A stretch of DNA of 64,000 nucleotides from Euprymna scolopes (lineage: Eukaryota): assembly GCA_053919585.1 (NCBI GenBank), contig CM132798.1. One strand, 5' to 3'. How positions within the stretch are numbered: the stretch's first letter is position 1; each line of letters opens with the position of its first letter. The notes beneath the pieces are model-generated. The model was not told where the DNA came from. It saw only the letters and a program-made list of their open reading frames with translations, and did not search any database. The position numbers and the translations under genes are program-made. Below, in pieces: positions 24,843-38,840 of the stretch.

Positions 24843-25170
24843 TATGCGGGGCATTCCAGAAGTAATGCCTCCTATTTTTCATTCCATCCAAATCTATATG
24901 GATCAGAAGGGATTGCACATTTTATTGTTATGACGACTTAAACATTTACGACCTAAATTTTTCTTTCTATTGCAGATATTGACAGTATAAAACTCTAAGA
25001 AAGTCACTCTTGTCATGGACGTACGTCAAAAGCAGAGGCATGTCATTGAATTCTTCCATACAGAAAAAAAATTGAACTGATCAGCATTCACCAATGCCTG
25101 CTGAACGTGTATGAAGTCGATGCAGTTTATGTCAGCTGTTAGGAGATGGGTTCATCGAATTCACTTCTGA
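24843..25170 (+). mobile_element. Mariner 5' fragment
   Basis: TIR-like GCGGGGCATTCCAGAAGTAATGCC, then MDVRQKQRHVIEF. Confidence 0.7.
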
Positions 25171-26094
25171 GAGAAGTGTTGCGTTTCATCTCCACTAACC
25201 AAAGGCATGGTTGTTAACATACGTTCTTGAGTCCTTCGATATGGCCCAGCTTGAGAATTCTAGAGAAATCTGATTTGGCCGACCATTCTTATAGGTGTGG
25301 CTAATTTGACACAGGATTGTTACTTTTCAAGTTTAAAACAATTTTCATTCACTGGAAATATATTCAGTTAACACGTTCCTGTGAAAACTAAATTGCTTTT
25401 GGAAGTAAAGAAGAAAGCGTGTCAAAATGAACCAAAGAAAGAAAGAGGCTAGCTATTGTAATCATTTGCTTTTTAGTGTTCGTCAGAATCACATCTCAGC
25501 TCAGTCACTACAGAGTATTATGTTTTTTTTTTGTTTTTTTTGTTTTTTTTTTTTAACCGCAAACCGAAGAAAAACAGCATGCTTTCACTCTGATACTATG
25601 GTAATATTTTTCTGAAAAAGAAAGAAGATGGGGTGATAATTTATGATTTTTTTTATGTAATCTTGAAGATTTTCGCTCATACTACTCGGTTGCTTAGAGA
25701 CTTTTTCCTCTTAAAATGTCGATTTCATGGTAAATCTCATACTTGTACATGCTGATAAGTTTCTTTTTCTATTAAGAGATAAAAAAAAAAAAAACCAGTA
25801 AAGAGAAAAAGATTTTATTTGTTATTTCCAAAATTAAACAAATCACTTTTAACTGATTTGCCTTATAAAAAATATTTTGATTTTTTTTTTTTAGAATATA
25901 CACATTTATCAAATGGAGGAAGGAGCAACATTAAATCTTTTTCAAATAAAATTAAAAGAATTTCATTTTTTGAAAAACATCAAAGTTAAATTTCTTTTCA
26001 CAAAAAAATTAACTTGGAAAATAAATCTGCATTACTAACATTATGTGAACACTTTTCATGTGTGTATGTGTGTTGCTCGCCCCTGCGTAACTGG

Positions 26095-26215
26095 CGATCA
26101 TATATGGACTAATCATCTTGACACATCACTTCTTATCAGATCACCAAAGTTAAGCAACGCTGAGGCTGGCCAATACCAGATGGATAACTATTTAAGTATA
26201 CCAGACACTGTATGT
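26095..26215 (+). pseudogene. 5S rRNA-derived sequence
   Basis: AGATCACCAAAGTTAAGCAACGCTGAGGCTGG...CCAGATGGATAAC, aligning with the 40336 head. Confidence 0.65.
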
Positions 26216-26248
26216 TGGAGAACGTCGACACTCTTCCCTGCTAGATTT

Positions 26249-26283
<35 letters not shown>

Positions 26284-27559
26284 GGCCTCCCTTGGTCAGG
26301 ATATACATGCAATTAAAAACAGCTTGTGAATTTGATATTACCTAGAAACTTCCTCCTTTAGAGGAAGCTAGTCTAGGGTGAATGCTGTTTGTTTTTAATA
26401 CTCGGCATAAAATACTAATGGAAGTTACTTTTTTTTTATTGTTTACATTCTGAAGAGAATGTGAATAAATAAGACCGTCACTCAGCCATCTTCTCATAAA
26501 CGTCTCGTCTTTTTTTCTCACTTGCAAATACTTAACTATGAAGTTTTAATACGGGATATTTTGAATTGAAAGCCATGTTTAATTTTCAGAGGAGTTTCCG
26601 ATGGGTAGTATTGGGATTTTCCCAACTATAGACGGTAACAAAAATAATGTGACGTCGACAAGAAGGAAGAAACACAATAACAAGTGAAGTTGTTATAAGA
26701 AAACTCGTATTAATAGGAAAGAGAAGGAAGAAAGAATGTTTCTTTGCAAAAACAGTCGCTTTTGCGGAACTTATCTATGAATCGTCCGTTTATTTAACGT
26801 TGTTTGTTTCCTGTGGAGTTTGGCCGGGTTGAGGTAAAAAAAAAAAAAAAAAAAAAAGTGTGGGGGAAGCCTTGAATTCTTTGGTGCTGCAATTGCTGTC
26901 GAAAGTTCTCCCACGTGTCCGGTATGAATGGCGGAGAAGACTGAAAAACATGTGTTGTCTTCAAATGAAATTTTATCATAAACAGCAAAACAACGGCATC
27001 AGAAACATTCAAACACGAAAAGCGAAGGAAAAACACAAGGATTTACTTAGAAGTATGTCTAAATTGTCGTCGATCATGGAGACATGGCGTTTATAACAGA
27101 CTGAATCGTTTGAAATCATACGAAGGAAAAACAAGGATTCTATCGACAAGTTTATCGTATGTGATCGCTCTGTTTTATTTTTATTTACTTATAAGTATGG
27201 TCGGGTCACCGGGGACTAAACCTTGCCTGGTGGGGAGGGTGGCTAGTCTCCCAGAAGGATTTAAAACAAAACCTTTCAAAGGGCGGATGAATCCCTTTTG
27301 GACTCAATGGTCAACTAGCTTTCATGTATGCGTATATACCGAGCGGTCAAACGGTATAATCTAACTAAACATTTCAATGTCAGCTATTCCTGTGACATGA
27401 CTATGAGATTCCTAATCTCATCTAAACTTGTTCTTGTAAAGTACAAGGTGATTGTTTCAGAAATGGGCGATGTTCTGTAAGGTCCGGCATCGTATGATGA
27501 TGGCTACCATGACATGCTTCGATAAAACGCTTTTCTCACACAATATTTTAGGTATGATT

Positions 27560-27960
27560 AGACTCATCATGTTATTCAAATATGTTAGAACCATCAAAAA
27601 TCAATTTTCTTCACTCTGACCTGTTTTCCCACAAGCATAACATTAAGAGCTTTTAAATTGTCATTAATGACATCTTTGAAATGCTCCATTGTTTTCTTTA
27701 GGTTTATGCTAAGCCCAAAAGCTGTGCATGTCATTTTTTGAGTGAGCAATTAAATCTATATTGTCAGCAGAAAGTAGATGCTGAAAAGAAAAATAGATGA
27801 ACAGCTTTTTGATTTAGTATTAAATTGAATAAGATTAAAAACTTTGCCACTGGTCGTAAAGCGAAAGTATACACACGCCTAAGCTGCAATCTTGAAAAGC
27901 ATACGTGAGGCTGACAGAGGAACATATGTAAAACAAAGTTGGTCAGAATATCACATCGCT
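27560..27960 (-). mobile_element. RTE/BovB-like RT fragment
   Basis: YFRFTTSGKVFNL, LLSADN (degenerate FADD), TAFGLSINLRKT. Confidence 0.7.
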
Positions 27961-27968
27961 TAATGCTA

Positions 27969-28739
27969 TCTATTATATAAAGGAGAAATGTCTGTTAGTG
28001 TGAATGTATGCATGTGTGTATGTTTGTATGTCTCACTAAAACATTTGCAATCCAAATCGGATAAGTATAATTCTGATTCTGTCTTAAAGGACAGGGACTC
28101 GGATGTATAATATGTGAAATTTAGAACAAAATATTCATTTTTTCTACCTGAACGACTGCAGAATCTGATGGGGGTCATGTAAAATTGCCTGTTTCTAAAC
28201 GATTTCAATATCTGCACAAGTGTGAACCGCTTCAACTCTCGGATATGTTAAGTACATAAGTTTGCAATGTCATGGTATGACTATCGCCATGGCCGAATGG
28301 GTTAGAGAGTTGTTTCAGAACTATTAATTTTTGCACCCACGCCCATCTTACGGCGGACGTTCTGCTTTTTTATTTTTAACATATTTTTGAAAATGTTTAT
28401 TTCCGAAAGCTTTTTCATTTAAACGTGGTTAAAAGATTTTTTATTTTCTAATATTATCGTTTTTTGAAAAATGAATTTGGGATGTTGAAAACGTACACAC
28501 GTTTTTTTTGTCCCTACACACTTATGAACATTGTGCAGCTTGAGAAGCACTGAACATAACATCTTTTTTACTATGCGTAAAACTTGATTGCATTTTAAAA
28601 TACTACTTAAAAATTATACTTTTTTAATGATTTTATGAATATTTGTTAAAAGATGAATTTCGGACACTGAAGACATACACAACGTACGTTTCTTCCCTTT
28701 GTCTTATATGGCCCCGGCAACGCTGGGTACCCCTGCTAG
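27969..28739 (+). mobile_element. Non-autonomous Helitron
   Basis: A|TCTATTATATAAAG, (TGTA)-like tract, subterminal hairpin CCCGGCAACGCTGGG, CTAG|T. Confidence 0.85.
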
Positions 28740-28874
28740 TGATCAATAAGAATAAGTTCAGAGATTGAGCCATTGAAATTAAAACAACGTTTTTTAGCCT
28801 AGAACACGTATAGTAAATTAGATCTAGAATGGTCTGCAATACAGTTCTATTGACATTTTTAAAAGAGCCATATG

Positions 28875-29727
28875 ATTTTTTTTTTACACAGTGATTACCA
28901 CTTATCAAGGCCCGGAAGCCTCTCAGGGATAAGGGTTATTGCAAGTACATTACGTTAGTGTGGAGATTTGATGAAGTGTTTACTTAAGGGGGCGGTTCAT
29001 TAGGAATTTGTTAACGTTGGACTTGAAGACATCCAAGTTATAGTCCGGTGGGAAGCAGACAGACGGAACAGAGTCCACAGGCGTGCAGTTCTAAGAAAGA
29101 AACTTTGTTCATGGAATCCACGTTTTGATTTAGGCACAGATAAAGAGTAGGGGAAATTTTACACAGTGGATTCAGCTAGACGGGTGTTTTTCGTGAAAGA
29201 TTGGCGAGGGGGGACCAGAGATTGGAATTCAGGCGAGCACCTGCCATGGAAATAACGATAAAATAAGGATAGGCTCGCAACGTCTCTTCTGTGGGAGAGA
29301 GGTTGCAGGGTAGAGAAAAGGGCATCCCCCACTAAGCCACAAAGTCTATTTTGTACTCTGTTAAGGCAGGATAGGCTGTTTTTAGCAGTTCCTGCCCAGA
29401 TATGACAACAGTATTCCATCCTTGGACGTACTTGGCTTTTATATAGATAGAGAATTGCATCAGTAGTGAGATATCTTCTGGAGCGGTAGAAGGATCCCAC
29501 CATCTTTCCAGCGACCTTGGCAACAGACTTGATGTACGTGTTCCATTTCAGATCAGGAGTAAAGGTCAAACCCAGAAGCTTGTCAAAACACAGGGCCTCA
29601 CCCAGACGAGAGCCATCCATCACAATTGATGCCAGATGGGGATCAGAGCGTTGATGATGTAAGGATAGGAGTTTGGTTTTGGATGCATTAAAGGTAACCA
29701 GCCACCTCTTCCCCCACTGAACCACGC
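28875..29727 (-). mobile_element. LINE family B (CR1/L2/Jockey group) 3' fragment, young
   Basis: 188-aa open frame WGKRWLVTFNASKT...YKSQVRPRMEYCCHIW...LSHRRDVASL; 3' UTR and poly(A). Confidence 0.93.
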
Positions 29728-29910
29728 GCTAAAATTTTAGCCTGACGATTCCTTACAGGGATGAAAACGCGAAAGATTTTGTGTAACTTTATTGCTGTAT
29801 ATATTTTCATGACTGGCTCTACTCACATATTGAGCACTGTTGAAATAAAAATCTTGAAAATCGATACGTAAAATATTGTATCTCCTTATAACATTTTATG
29901 TAGAGACATG

Positions 29911-29969
<59 letters not shown>

Positions 29970-29983
<14 letters not shown>

Positions 29984-30390
29984 AAACTTTCGACAGAGGC
30001 AACGGATTTTCACGAGATCAGTATCGTTTTGAAGCTCACCCCTTCAGATGACAAATATCGGAAAATTGGCCCCAAACATTAATATCTTCACCCTTAACCG
30101 GGCACTTTTCTACAAAGAGTGGTTGCTTTTTTCACCGATATTTTCGAAAGTCATCCCCTCTTTTTGATTGACTAGCCTTAATTTAAACTTTCACTACCTC
30201 CAGTTTGGCAATGGACACAACGGCAAAGACATCACATTTTTTGTTTTTTTCACGTCTTTTTCCTCCTTTGCGGTATGGGTTCAAGCCTGCCTGCATTCTA
30301 CCACTTTTTTTTTTTTTTGCTCAACACACACATATCTCCAAACACCCAGGCAACGCCGGGCACCCAGGCAACACCGGGCACCCAGGCTAG
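29970..30390 (+). mobile_element. Non-autonomous Helitron related to 42477-43598, with a duplicated 3' hairpin
   Basis: 5' part aligns with the reverse complement of ~43400-43540. It ends (CACCCAGGCAACRCCGGG)x2 CACCCAGG CTAG|T. Confidence 0.8.
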
Positions 30391-31517
30391 TTGTATCGGA
30401 ATCGGAAAAAAATATCGGAATCGTCCCATCACTAATATATACGTTTCAATTTGTGCATGTATTGATCTGACTCATCAAGTGTTGACTTTTGATGACTTGT
30501 TGCATGTCATTAATAATTAATTGTGTGTCCCTGTGACACATGAAACATTCATTATAAGATATTAAAAACTGCTTAACTATGAATACTGTTATATTAAATG
30601 TCATTGTCTACTGTGAAGAGGACTGTTCTTTGCGGAATCAACTCATTAACAGATTAATATCAAAATGTCACTTGCATTAGCAATGCGCCTTATTTCCCGA
30701 CCTATTGTTTGCCATTTTCATATCTTCTTCATTCGTCGTCAGCTTTGTAGTTTCGGATGCGTCCTCGTACATCTACGACATGCTCTGTCTGTCATATTTA
30801 AGTTTGTAATTGACTTTTTTGTGCTTGTTTACATTCGTGATCTTTTAAACCAACGCATTTCAGGTGAAAACATTATTACATACTTATGTTTCATGGTGAA
30901 ATTAGTATAAAAATTCTTTTTTTTTAATTATAAAGTTGAAAAATGATTACAAGTAAAAAATAGAATTTATCAAATTATCAAGTTTTATCGTATGTTTTTA
31001 TGTAGGAGAGCTGATAAACTGACTTATCTCCCTTGACTTAAATCGACTTAAATTGAATTAAATTAAGGATCCACCACTTTTAAACTGAACATAATTGTGG
31101 ACGATTTTTTTGTTAAAAATACATCTAACACATCTACTACTGGATCATTTTTCGTAATTTTGGAATTCATACTAATTTTGCCATGTCAAGTAAGTACATA
31201 ATAATGTTTTTACCTAAAATACGTTGACTTAAAAGATCACTAATATAAGCTGTAGAATAAGACAAACTGTTATATGTTCACTGCGACCGGTCGTCAAATG
31301 TGCTTTTCAGTCTATATAATTTCTAAAAATCAACTCTCTAAATATATATACACTTGACAGCGAAATAAAACACACACAACTGGATTATAAAATATTTTGT
31401 TTATTCCAATGACCAACTTTTTCGATTTCAGTATGACAGTTGTGACATCAGTGAAGGCGCGTGGTGGGGTGTGGCTACTTGACAGTGCAAAAAATGTCTC
31501 AGTTTGTCCTCGCTGTG

Positions 31518-31575
<58 letters not shown>

Positions 31576-31949
31576 CATTTTCTGTTAGCGATTTATATAA
31601 ACATTCTTTTATTCTGGAATGTTTAATATTTACCATTGCCTATTCTCTATATTTCTTTCACATATTTCTGGTCAAATTATGCATTTCAATAGACAATGGT
31701 GGAAGGCTCACATTAATGGAATTAATTTGTGTGTGCAACCCATCAAATGCCTCTCTTCAAAGGGTCACCTGCCAAATATCTAACAAAACATGTCCTCTAT
31801 CTTGTTGCTAAGCTCTACTTAAAAAAGCAAATGGTTACTCTATACATAGCTATCAGGGGAGATCACTCACTGGTTATTTCTGTATCAGGAGAGATAACTT
31901 AATGGATATTTCCAATTATCAAGAACAGATGACGCTTTTACCTATATAT

Positions 31950-34605
31950 ACCCCTCCATGACCATGGGATGAAATGCTGTGGTCATCTTTGCATGTACCA
32001 GAGAACTTGTGTGATTTTCCATGCATTTGTGGTGATAAGTTTCTTGGTGTACTAGTTTTGTGACATGAAGGTTGTCCTAATGGTGGGGGATTGACTGGGT
32101 GTGGACATCTTTTTGTGGTATCATAAACTTCCATTTCTTTTTTCATCATGCTCGCTGGCTGATCCAGCATTGACCTTCATTGCTTCCTGAAGGGGTTGTT
32201 GCTGTGGGTGTTTCGTGTTTGTGAATGGATTTGAGGTTCCTGGTGTGATATGGGCCATCTACAAATAAATATATTTGACTCCCATGTACTCACACTTGGA
32301 ACTGTTGCTTCCAATGTGTCTCCATAGTCCTTCCTGTCTTTGTGCATCTTGGTTCTGGATCTTGTTTCAAAATGTTCGACTTGGAGTTCCCAAAGTGAAT
32401 TACAATGCTGTTTGTCGAACTGTTCATTCAACAAATGCCTCTTGGCCATTGCCAATTCCTTTAGTTCACCTATTTCTTCCATTGTTTCTGAGTTTGATAT
32501 TTATCCCACAGGACAGGAAAGTGGTCTTTAATGACTCAAGCATATAGCATTATGGCCAGGGACATGTTGAGGTCTTGGATCAGAGTATTGTGATGGATTA
32601 ATAATGCTGAGCAGCTCTTCCATAGCTATCCATGTCATATGTTTTGCTATTTAATGGTTAACTCTGCGTGTCTGTTGCTTTGAGCATAATAGGCTGATAA
32701 GATACGTTTTTGTATACACCAGTTCCTCAAAAAGGAAGACGAATGAACACATTTCTAAAGAAATGGCAGAAACACTAGAGGAAGACCTCCAATCTGTAGT
32801 GGAATGGGGACAAAAGTGGTTGGTCGCGTTCAATGCTGCCAAGACTAAACTAGTTTCATTCAATAATTACAAGAAACCCTCTCTACCACCCATAGCAATG
32901 GCCAACGACTCTTTATCTGAGAGTCCATCTTTCAAACTCCTTGGCCTAACGTTCACAGGAAACATGAGTTGGAACAATTACATTGAAGGCATTGCCAGGG
33001 CCGCTGCAAGAAAGGTGGGCTCTCTCTACCGTGCTAGAAAACTACTAACACCCGAAAGTATCCTGTACCTCTATATGGCCACCATTCGCCCATGTATGGA
33101 GTATTGCTGCCACATCTGGGCTGGTGCATCTGCTACTAGTCTCTCGCTCCTTGACAAGGTTCAAAAGAGAGTCGCAAACCTGAAGGCCCTGAACTGGCAT
33201 CTAAGCTTCAGCCTCTGTCCCATCAACGAAATGTTGCATCCCTCTGCCTTTTCTACAAGTATTTTAGTGGTGAATGCTCTGACGAACTGCAATCACTTGT
33301 GCCCCCACGACGTGTGCACCCTCGACAAACCCGACAGGCTGCTAAATCCCACCCCCACACTGTAGAGATCCCTAGATGTAAAAGATCTTTTTACTCCAAT
33401 AGTTTCTTCCCCAGAACCGCTAGACTCTGGAATTCCATCCCAGGTCCCTGCTTCCCCAACAGTACTGACGTGCAGAAGTTCAAGTGTAACGTGAACCGAC
33501 ACCTTGCTGCCCAAATCCCTACATAGTACCCCAGTAGTTGTTGCCCCTGATAGTAGCCCCCTACACCAAAGTGGCAATTTGCCTTGTTTGGGGTGAAAAT
33601 GTAATAAAAAAAAAAAAAAAAAAAAAGGACTCATACTCCTGGGATTCAAATCGTGATCCTCTATCCAAAGATATTTCTTCAGGTGTAACCTAAGTACAGA
33701 ACCAAGTTCTCAAAGTGTTGCATACAGGTTTTGCCCTCACTGACGTCATTAGGGCCACTTCCACCCATCCAATACATCGATCAGCATACACAATAAAGTT
33801 CCTACTCCGTATATCAACAAAGTCAACCACCACTTGTTGGAATGGAAATCTCGAGTCCGAAGGTAACATCAAGGACTCCCTGGGCTGAAATGGTGCAATC
33901 ATGTTGCAAGTGCAGAATTGGGATCTGTGTTTGCCTGATGTTAGCATCCAAACTGTTGCCTTGCATTCGCTAGCATACCATTTATGCCTTTATTTGCAGA
34001 ATGAAGGGATTGCAATGCCTTTGCGCGATGTTGTCAAGGTATCAGGATTTTGTTGCCTTTGATAATAACTCCTTCCAGGCAATATAATTCTTCATGCATA
34101 GGCAAGAAAAATCAAGCAATGGGTTGGAGGTCGTGGCATTTCGAATTAAATCTTCTAAGGTTCTGCATTCTTCATCTGAGGCTTCTGTCATGATCCTTTA
34201 TTCGTAATAGCTGTCAATTTAGGATCACTTTCGTGCATCGATGTGAAAGTTTTGATTGCAGTGTTAATCATTTGATCATGGTATTTTGGTGGAGTACCTG
34301 CTGGGTATTGGGATGCACAATCAGGGGCTGAATTAAGTTTTCCAGAACAATGTTTTATATGGAATCTGTACATTTAATAGACGAAAGTTTTTAACATTTT
34401 CCAGGGCTTGATTTGAGAATATTTTTATTAGCCTTAGTAACAGATGATCTACTATTACCATCAAATTAGGCATCCATGTGTGAACATCCGTCAGGATTCC
34501 ACTCATTGATCAGGCCAAAAGCTTCTCTTTCCACTGGTGCATATCGCAATTCGGCATCATTTGTAAAACGAGATTCAACCAGAATTAACTTTCATGGCAT
34601 GTTCA
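31950..34605 (-). mobile_element. Degenerate Ty3/Gypsy pol (RNase H + integrase), interrupted by a LINE
   Basis: SRFTNDAELRYAPVEREA, HCSGKLNSAPDCASQYP, CTCNMIAPFQPRE...FPFQQVVVDF...VYADRCIGWVEV. Confidence 0.85.
32736..33626 (+). mobile_element. LINE family A 3' fragment, young, with TSD
   Basis: Long frame LEEDLQSVVEWGQKWLVAFNAAKT... with one frameshift. Poly(A), and AAAAAGGA at both ends (32728-32735 and 33622-33629). Confidence 0.93.
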
Positions 34606-35534
34606 ATTTATCCTCACATCTGCAGTGTTTCTGAAATAGAAAGTACAATATTTTTTTTTTTTGCTGTAATATGTTGCTAGTCCTGTCACTCTATTCATTT
34701 CGAACGTTTGGATCAGGGACGTGCAGAGAGGGGTTGTTAGGTTTGCCCAAGTACCTGATCCTTTTACTCCTGTTTTAAAAGTGCTCTTTTCAAAGGAATT
34801 TATTATATGACTGTGCCCCATCAAGACGATGTTCATTACTATATTTTTTGCATTTTTTTTTCTGCTCTGAAAAAGTTTTCTACACATCACTGGTTTGGTT
34901 TCTCAATGCGCTTCACTACTACTGTCTTTGTGTTCCTCAAGGAGCTATTCTGTGATAGTGAAGGGAAATTGGGAGGCAATAAATTTAGTTCCTTCAAGGC
35001 CGTTTGCATCACATAAAATTCAGATACAGCCTGTTGTGTCTCTTTTGTCTCCACTTTTACGCATAGAAACAAAACACCTCTGATGTGTAAACAGCTGTCG
35101 ATTGTACCCTGTATCTGATGGGCAGTTGACACAAGGTGCCGCTCTGGGTATCCAAAGAGTTTCTGAACCTCGAGTAACCTCGAACACATCACCATTGATG
35201 TGATGATTGCACTGGTTCACCATTTTTTTTTGGTATATGCTTGAATCTTGCATGAATTCCAGACATCAATATCACTTCTACTGTCACCGAAGAAGGTAGC
35301 TCTGCAGCGCTCATCTGAAGTTGTTCTTAATCCCATTCAAAGTGAGGCACGTTCGTCGGCTGTGTTTTGTACTTGTAAGCAGAAAAATTATCTGGGATGA
35401 ATGACTTCCAACTCTTTATACTTTGCTTTAATTTAGGTAAGTTGATTATGTAGTAGAGCTGACATCTATTCAATGTAACCGTCTTCAGCCTCAATAAACC
35501 ACCTCGATACGGGTCCGGAACTTGGAGCATGTCT

Positions 35535-36268
35535 TTTCTACAAGCGCCAGCAAGAGCTTGGCGAATACTTGATGGATGGCAGCAATCAGGCTGGCGTTGG
35601 TGTTGTGCGAGCTCATGTTGATGATCTTCTCAACCTATGACCAAACGAAATAGTCCAGCAGGTTCAGGTCGAGAGAGGAGAGAGGACAGTGAGAGAAGAG
35701 TACAAAGTGAAAGCACTCGTTTTGAAGCCAAGCTGGGTCTTTATAGACTTGTGGGACAGCACCGGGTCCTGCTACCAATCCCAGGGTCTGCCAGTGGCCA
35801 TCTGATTGCACCAGGTGATCGTCACACTCTTCAGCACATCCAGATACACTTTGGTGTTGACTTTCAAGCCGACTTTAAAGATGTGGGGTGGCATGATGTG
35901 GCCCTCACTTGAAACCACACCAAAAACCATAACCGTGGCCGGAAACTTTGTTTCTATCACCCTGGGTACGTCCCCATTACTTGTGGCAATCCAGCGATGC
36001 ATTTTGAGGGTGCTGGCAATGATCCTGTTGTCATAACTTTGATCGGTAGAAAACATGAGTTGTACAGCGGCACACATCCAATCTCGCTCGTTGAACATTG
36101 TGTCACTTTCACACATCATAGAAGGTTCTTATCGCTCTTGGGATTTGTACACAACTGGCCAACTAGTAGATGGTCTGCAACAAAAACAGAAAACCGGTTT
36201 TCATCAAACGAAAATGGAATCATGTCGTCTTTTCTAGTGTGACAATTTTATTGTTTTATCCTGTATAT
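35535..36268 (-). mobile_element. Tc1/mariner-superfamily transposase relic (maT/DD37D-like)
   Basis: TKFPATVMVFGVVSSEGHIMPPHIF..GLKVNTKVYLDVL, DLNLLDYFVW. TACAGGA-type terminus at ~36265. Confidence 0.8.
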
Positions 36269-37202
36269 AATTAAAGCAATCCTAACTAGGTCAGGCATTA
36301 TCAACTTTGTCTGACTTGCAATTTCTGGTCAAATTTTAAAAATATTTATAAGGTTGAAAAGACAAGAAAATAAACTCTCTAAATGTAAACGAAAATAATA
36401 ATAAAATTACTATATTTTCAAAACAGATTGTTTTTTCAGTCAAAAAAAAAATGAGGGTTAAATGGAAAACTATTAAAATGTAAACAAAAAGAGTGGAGAA
36501 AATATAATCAGACATTTATTTCTGGTTCGAGTTTCAAGGGTTTTTTATTAATTGGACCCTCACGTTATAATTTAAGGAGAGTTGTAAACTGTCGACAGCC
36601 ATGTAACTCTCGCTTCCCTTATTTTATTCTTTAGTCCTCATATTCTTTAGTCCTCGTATTCGATGAGTGATGTTTTTGACAAAGAGAGAAGAATTGTTGT
36701 TTTCTTGGTCAGAATTTCTTTCATCTAACACTTATCATTGAAAACTTTTGACCTTGAAGTAGTCTTTTTTTTTTAGCTCCTTAAACCAAGTGGTTTTATG
36801 CCTTTTGGGAGTGATTTTTATGAAAAAAAATGATAAACACATGCTCCAAAACTATATGCTAAAATTGTATCGAATTTGGCATAAAAGGCCCGTTTGAAAA
36901 CGGGATATGATTAAAAAAAATAAAGTATATAAATTATGATGCTTTAATAGAGCCCTAAAAGAATACAAGAATAATTAATTTTAAATATTTTAATTTTTTT
37001 AAATATTGGATTTTTTTAAATGTTTGATTTAAAAAATTAAAAAAAGTTTAAAAAATTGCAAATAATTTATTTCATTGTCTCTTTTTCACAAAAGAGACGT
37101 TGCAAGTCTATCTGTGCTCTATCTTAATTTCCATGGTAGGTGCTGAGCTTTAACCTACGGTTTTCCTCCCTGTAAATCATTCATAAAAAAAACACTCATC
37201 TA

Positions 37203-37283
37203 TTAGGTTGGAGCAAAAATAAGGTCGTTTTTTTCACGTTCAACTTCATGTCAAAAAACGACATTATTTTTGCACCAACCTAA
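37203..37283. mobile_element. 81-bp MADE1-like mariner MITE
   Basis: TA|TTAGGTTGGAGCAAAAATAA...TTATTTTTGCACCAACCTAA|TA. Confidence 0.9.
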
Positions 37284-37349
37284 TAGATTGAACATCTGTC
37301 AACATACCTCAGTTTCTGTATTAATTAAAATATAATATTTATGCATATT

Positions 37350-37380
37350 TTTCGACCGGGCAACGCCAGGTGGCCTTCTA

Positions 37381-37381
<1 letters not shown>
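37350..37381 (+). mobile_element. Helitron 3' terminus
   Basis: CCGGGCAACGCCAGG hairpin, then CTAG|T. The 5' end could not be located. Confidence 0.6.
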
Positions 37382-37436
<55 letters not shown>

Positions 37437-38139
37437 TTAACTCCAAACTTTGAGTTGGGAGTGTTGTATATTTTCGGAACACCACAAATGTGAGAAGCCG
37501 TTAGCCATGGCCCATGTTGATCCATACGTAAATCCTGTTTAGTATTTCGTAAGGTTCATGATATCACTAAGACTGTACTAAATTCAATTATTACTGGAAG
37601 CTCAATATTTGTGGCCTTGTGCCAGAACATGGCTCAGCTCAATAATTAACTTTTCCATTTACTGTATGCTTTCTGTCCGTTTTTTGTTGTCCTTAACCCA
37701 CAGGAAAAATAACAACATTTTATGACCACCAGTTCATTAGTTTTATTGTGTATCGATTTACTTTCAACGTTGACGAGACAAGCTGAGGAAAATGGAGCCG
37801 AATATAATTAGATGCACAGGTTCAACTAAAAGGAATAAGGCTTAAATTATTATTTATAATTAATTAATTAATTTAATTAATTGAATTTTTGTCTCTGACC
37901 TGTACATCACAATAAATATTCATAAATGATGTCAGGAAATAGTTATGAAGCATTTTGTGCAGACCGTGCAAAGTAACTGGATTCAACTTGACTTGGTTCA
38001 TCTATTTTACGACATATCAACTTTTTCTGGTTATTTAATGCTGAAAGATGATATTTATTGTAAAAAATTAATTGAACCCGAGTTTTAAGTTAACTATATA
38101 GACATATCTGAGGAAGGAAGGGTGTTGGTGCCCAGAGAA

Positions 38140-38840
38140 AAACAGATGTACACATATCTAAGTCAATGCCAGAATCCTTAGAAAACGACCTCCAGTCTGT
38201 AGTGGAATGGGGTCGTAAATGGATGGTAACATTTAATGCTACTAAGATTAAACTGCTTTCTTTTAACAATTACAAGAAGCCTTCTCAACCACCGATAGCC
38301 ATGACTACTAACACCCTACCTGAGGGTTCTTCATTCAAACTCCTCAGCTTAATATTAACAGGCAACATAAACTAGAACATATACATTGAGGACGTTGTGA
38401 AGGCCGCTGCAAAGAAGGTGGGTTCCCTCTATCATGCTAGAAGATAACTCACACTGAAAGCTTCTTTCTTAGAACTGCACGCCTGTGTAATTGTCTTCCG
38501 TTTTCCTGCTTTCCAGCTAATTACAATATGGTTGTCTTTAAGTCCAACGTAAACAAGTTCTTGATGAGCCGTTACACTTAAGTTAACAAATTTACCGAAT
38601 TTCTATTACTAACGATTACTATATTATCCAATTGACTACTGTACATTCTTAACCCTTATCCTCGAGTGGTCTCTGGGCCTTGATAAGTGGTTATGCCTAT
38701 GTAAAAAAAAATATCTTGTACCTTTATAAAGCCATCATTCATCCATGCATGTTGCCATATCTGGGCTGGTGCATCCAAATAGTAGCCCTTACTTCCAAGT
38801 GGCAATCGGCTTTGTTTGGAGTGAACTTGACTAAAAAAGA
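38140..38840 (+). mobile_element. LINE family A fragment with a LINE family B 3' end (38461-38710) nested inside
   Basis: Family A sequence breaks after ...CACACTGAAAG and resumes after the family B A-tail at TATCTTGTACCTTTATAAAGCC. Confidence 0.8.

Noticed and set aside
34800-35330. Cluster of short overlapping ORFs
   Set aside because: I recognised no motif or splice pattern, so I left it unannotated.
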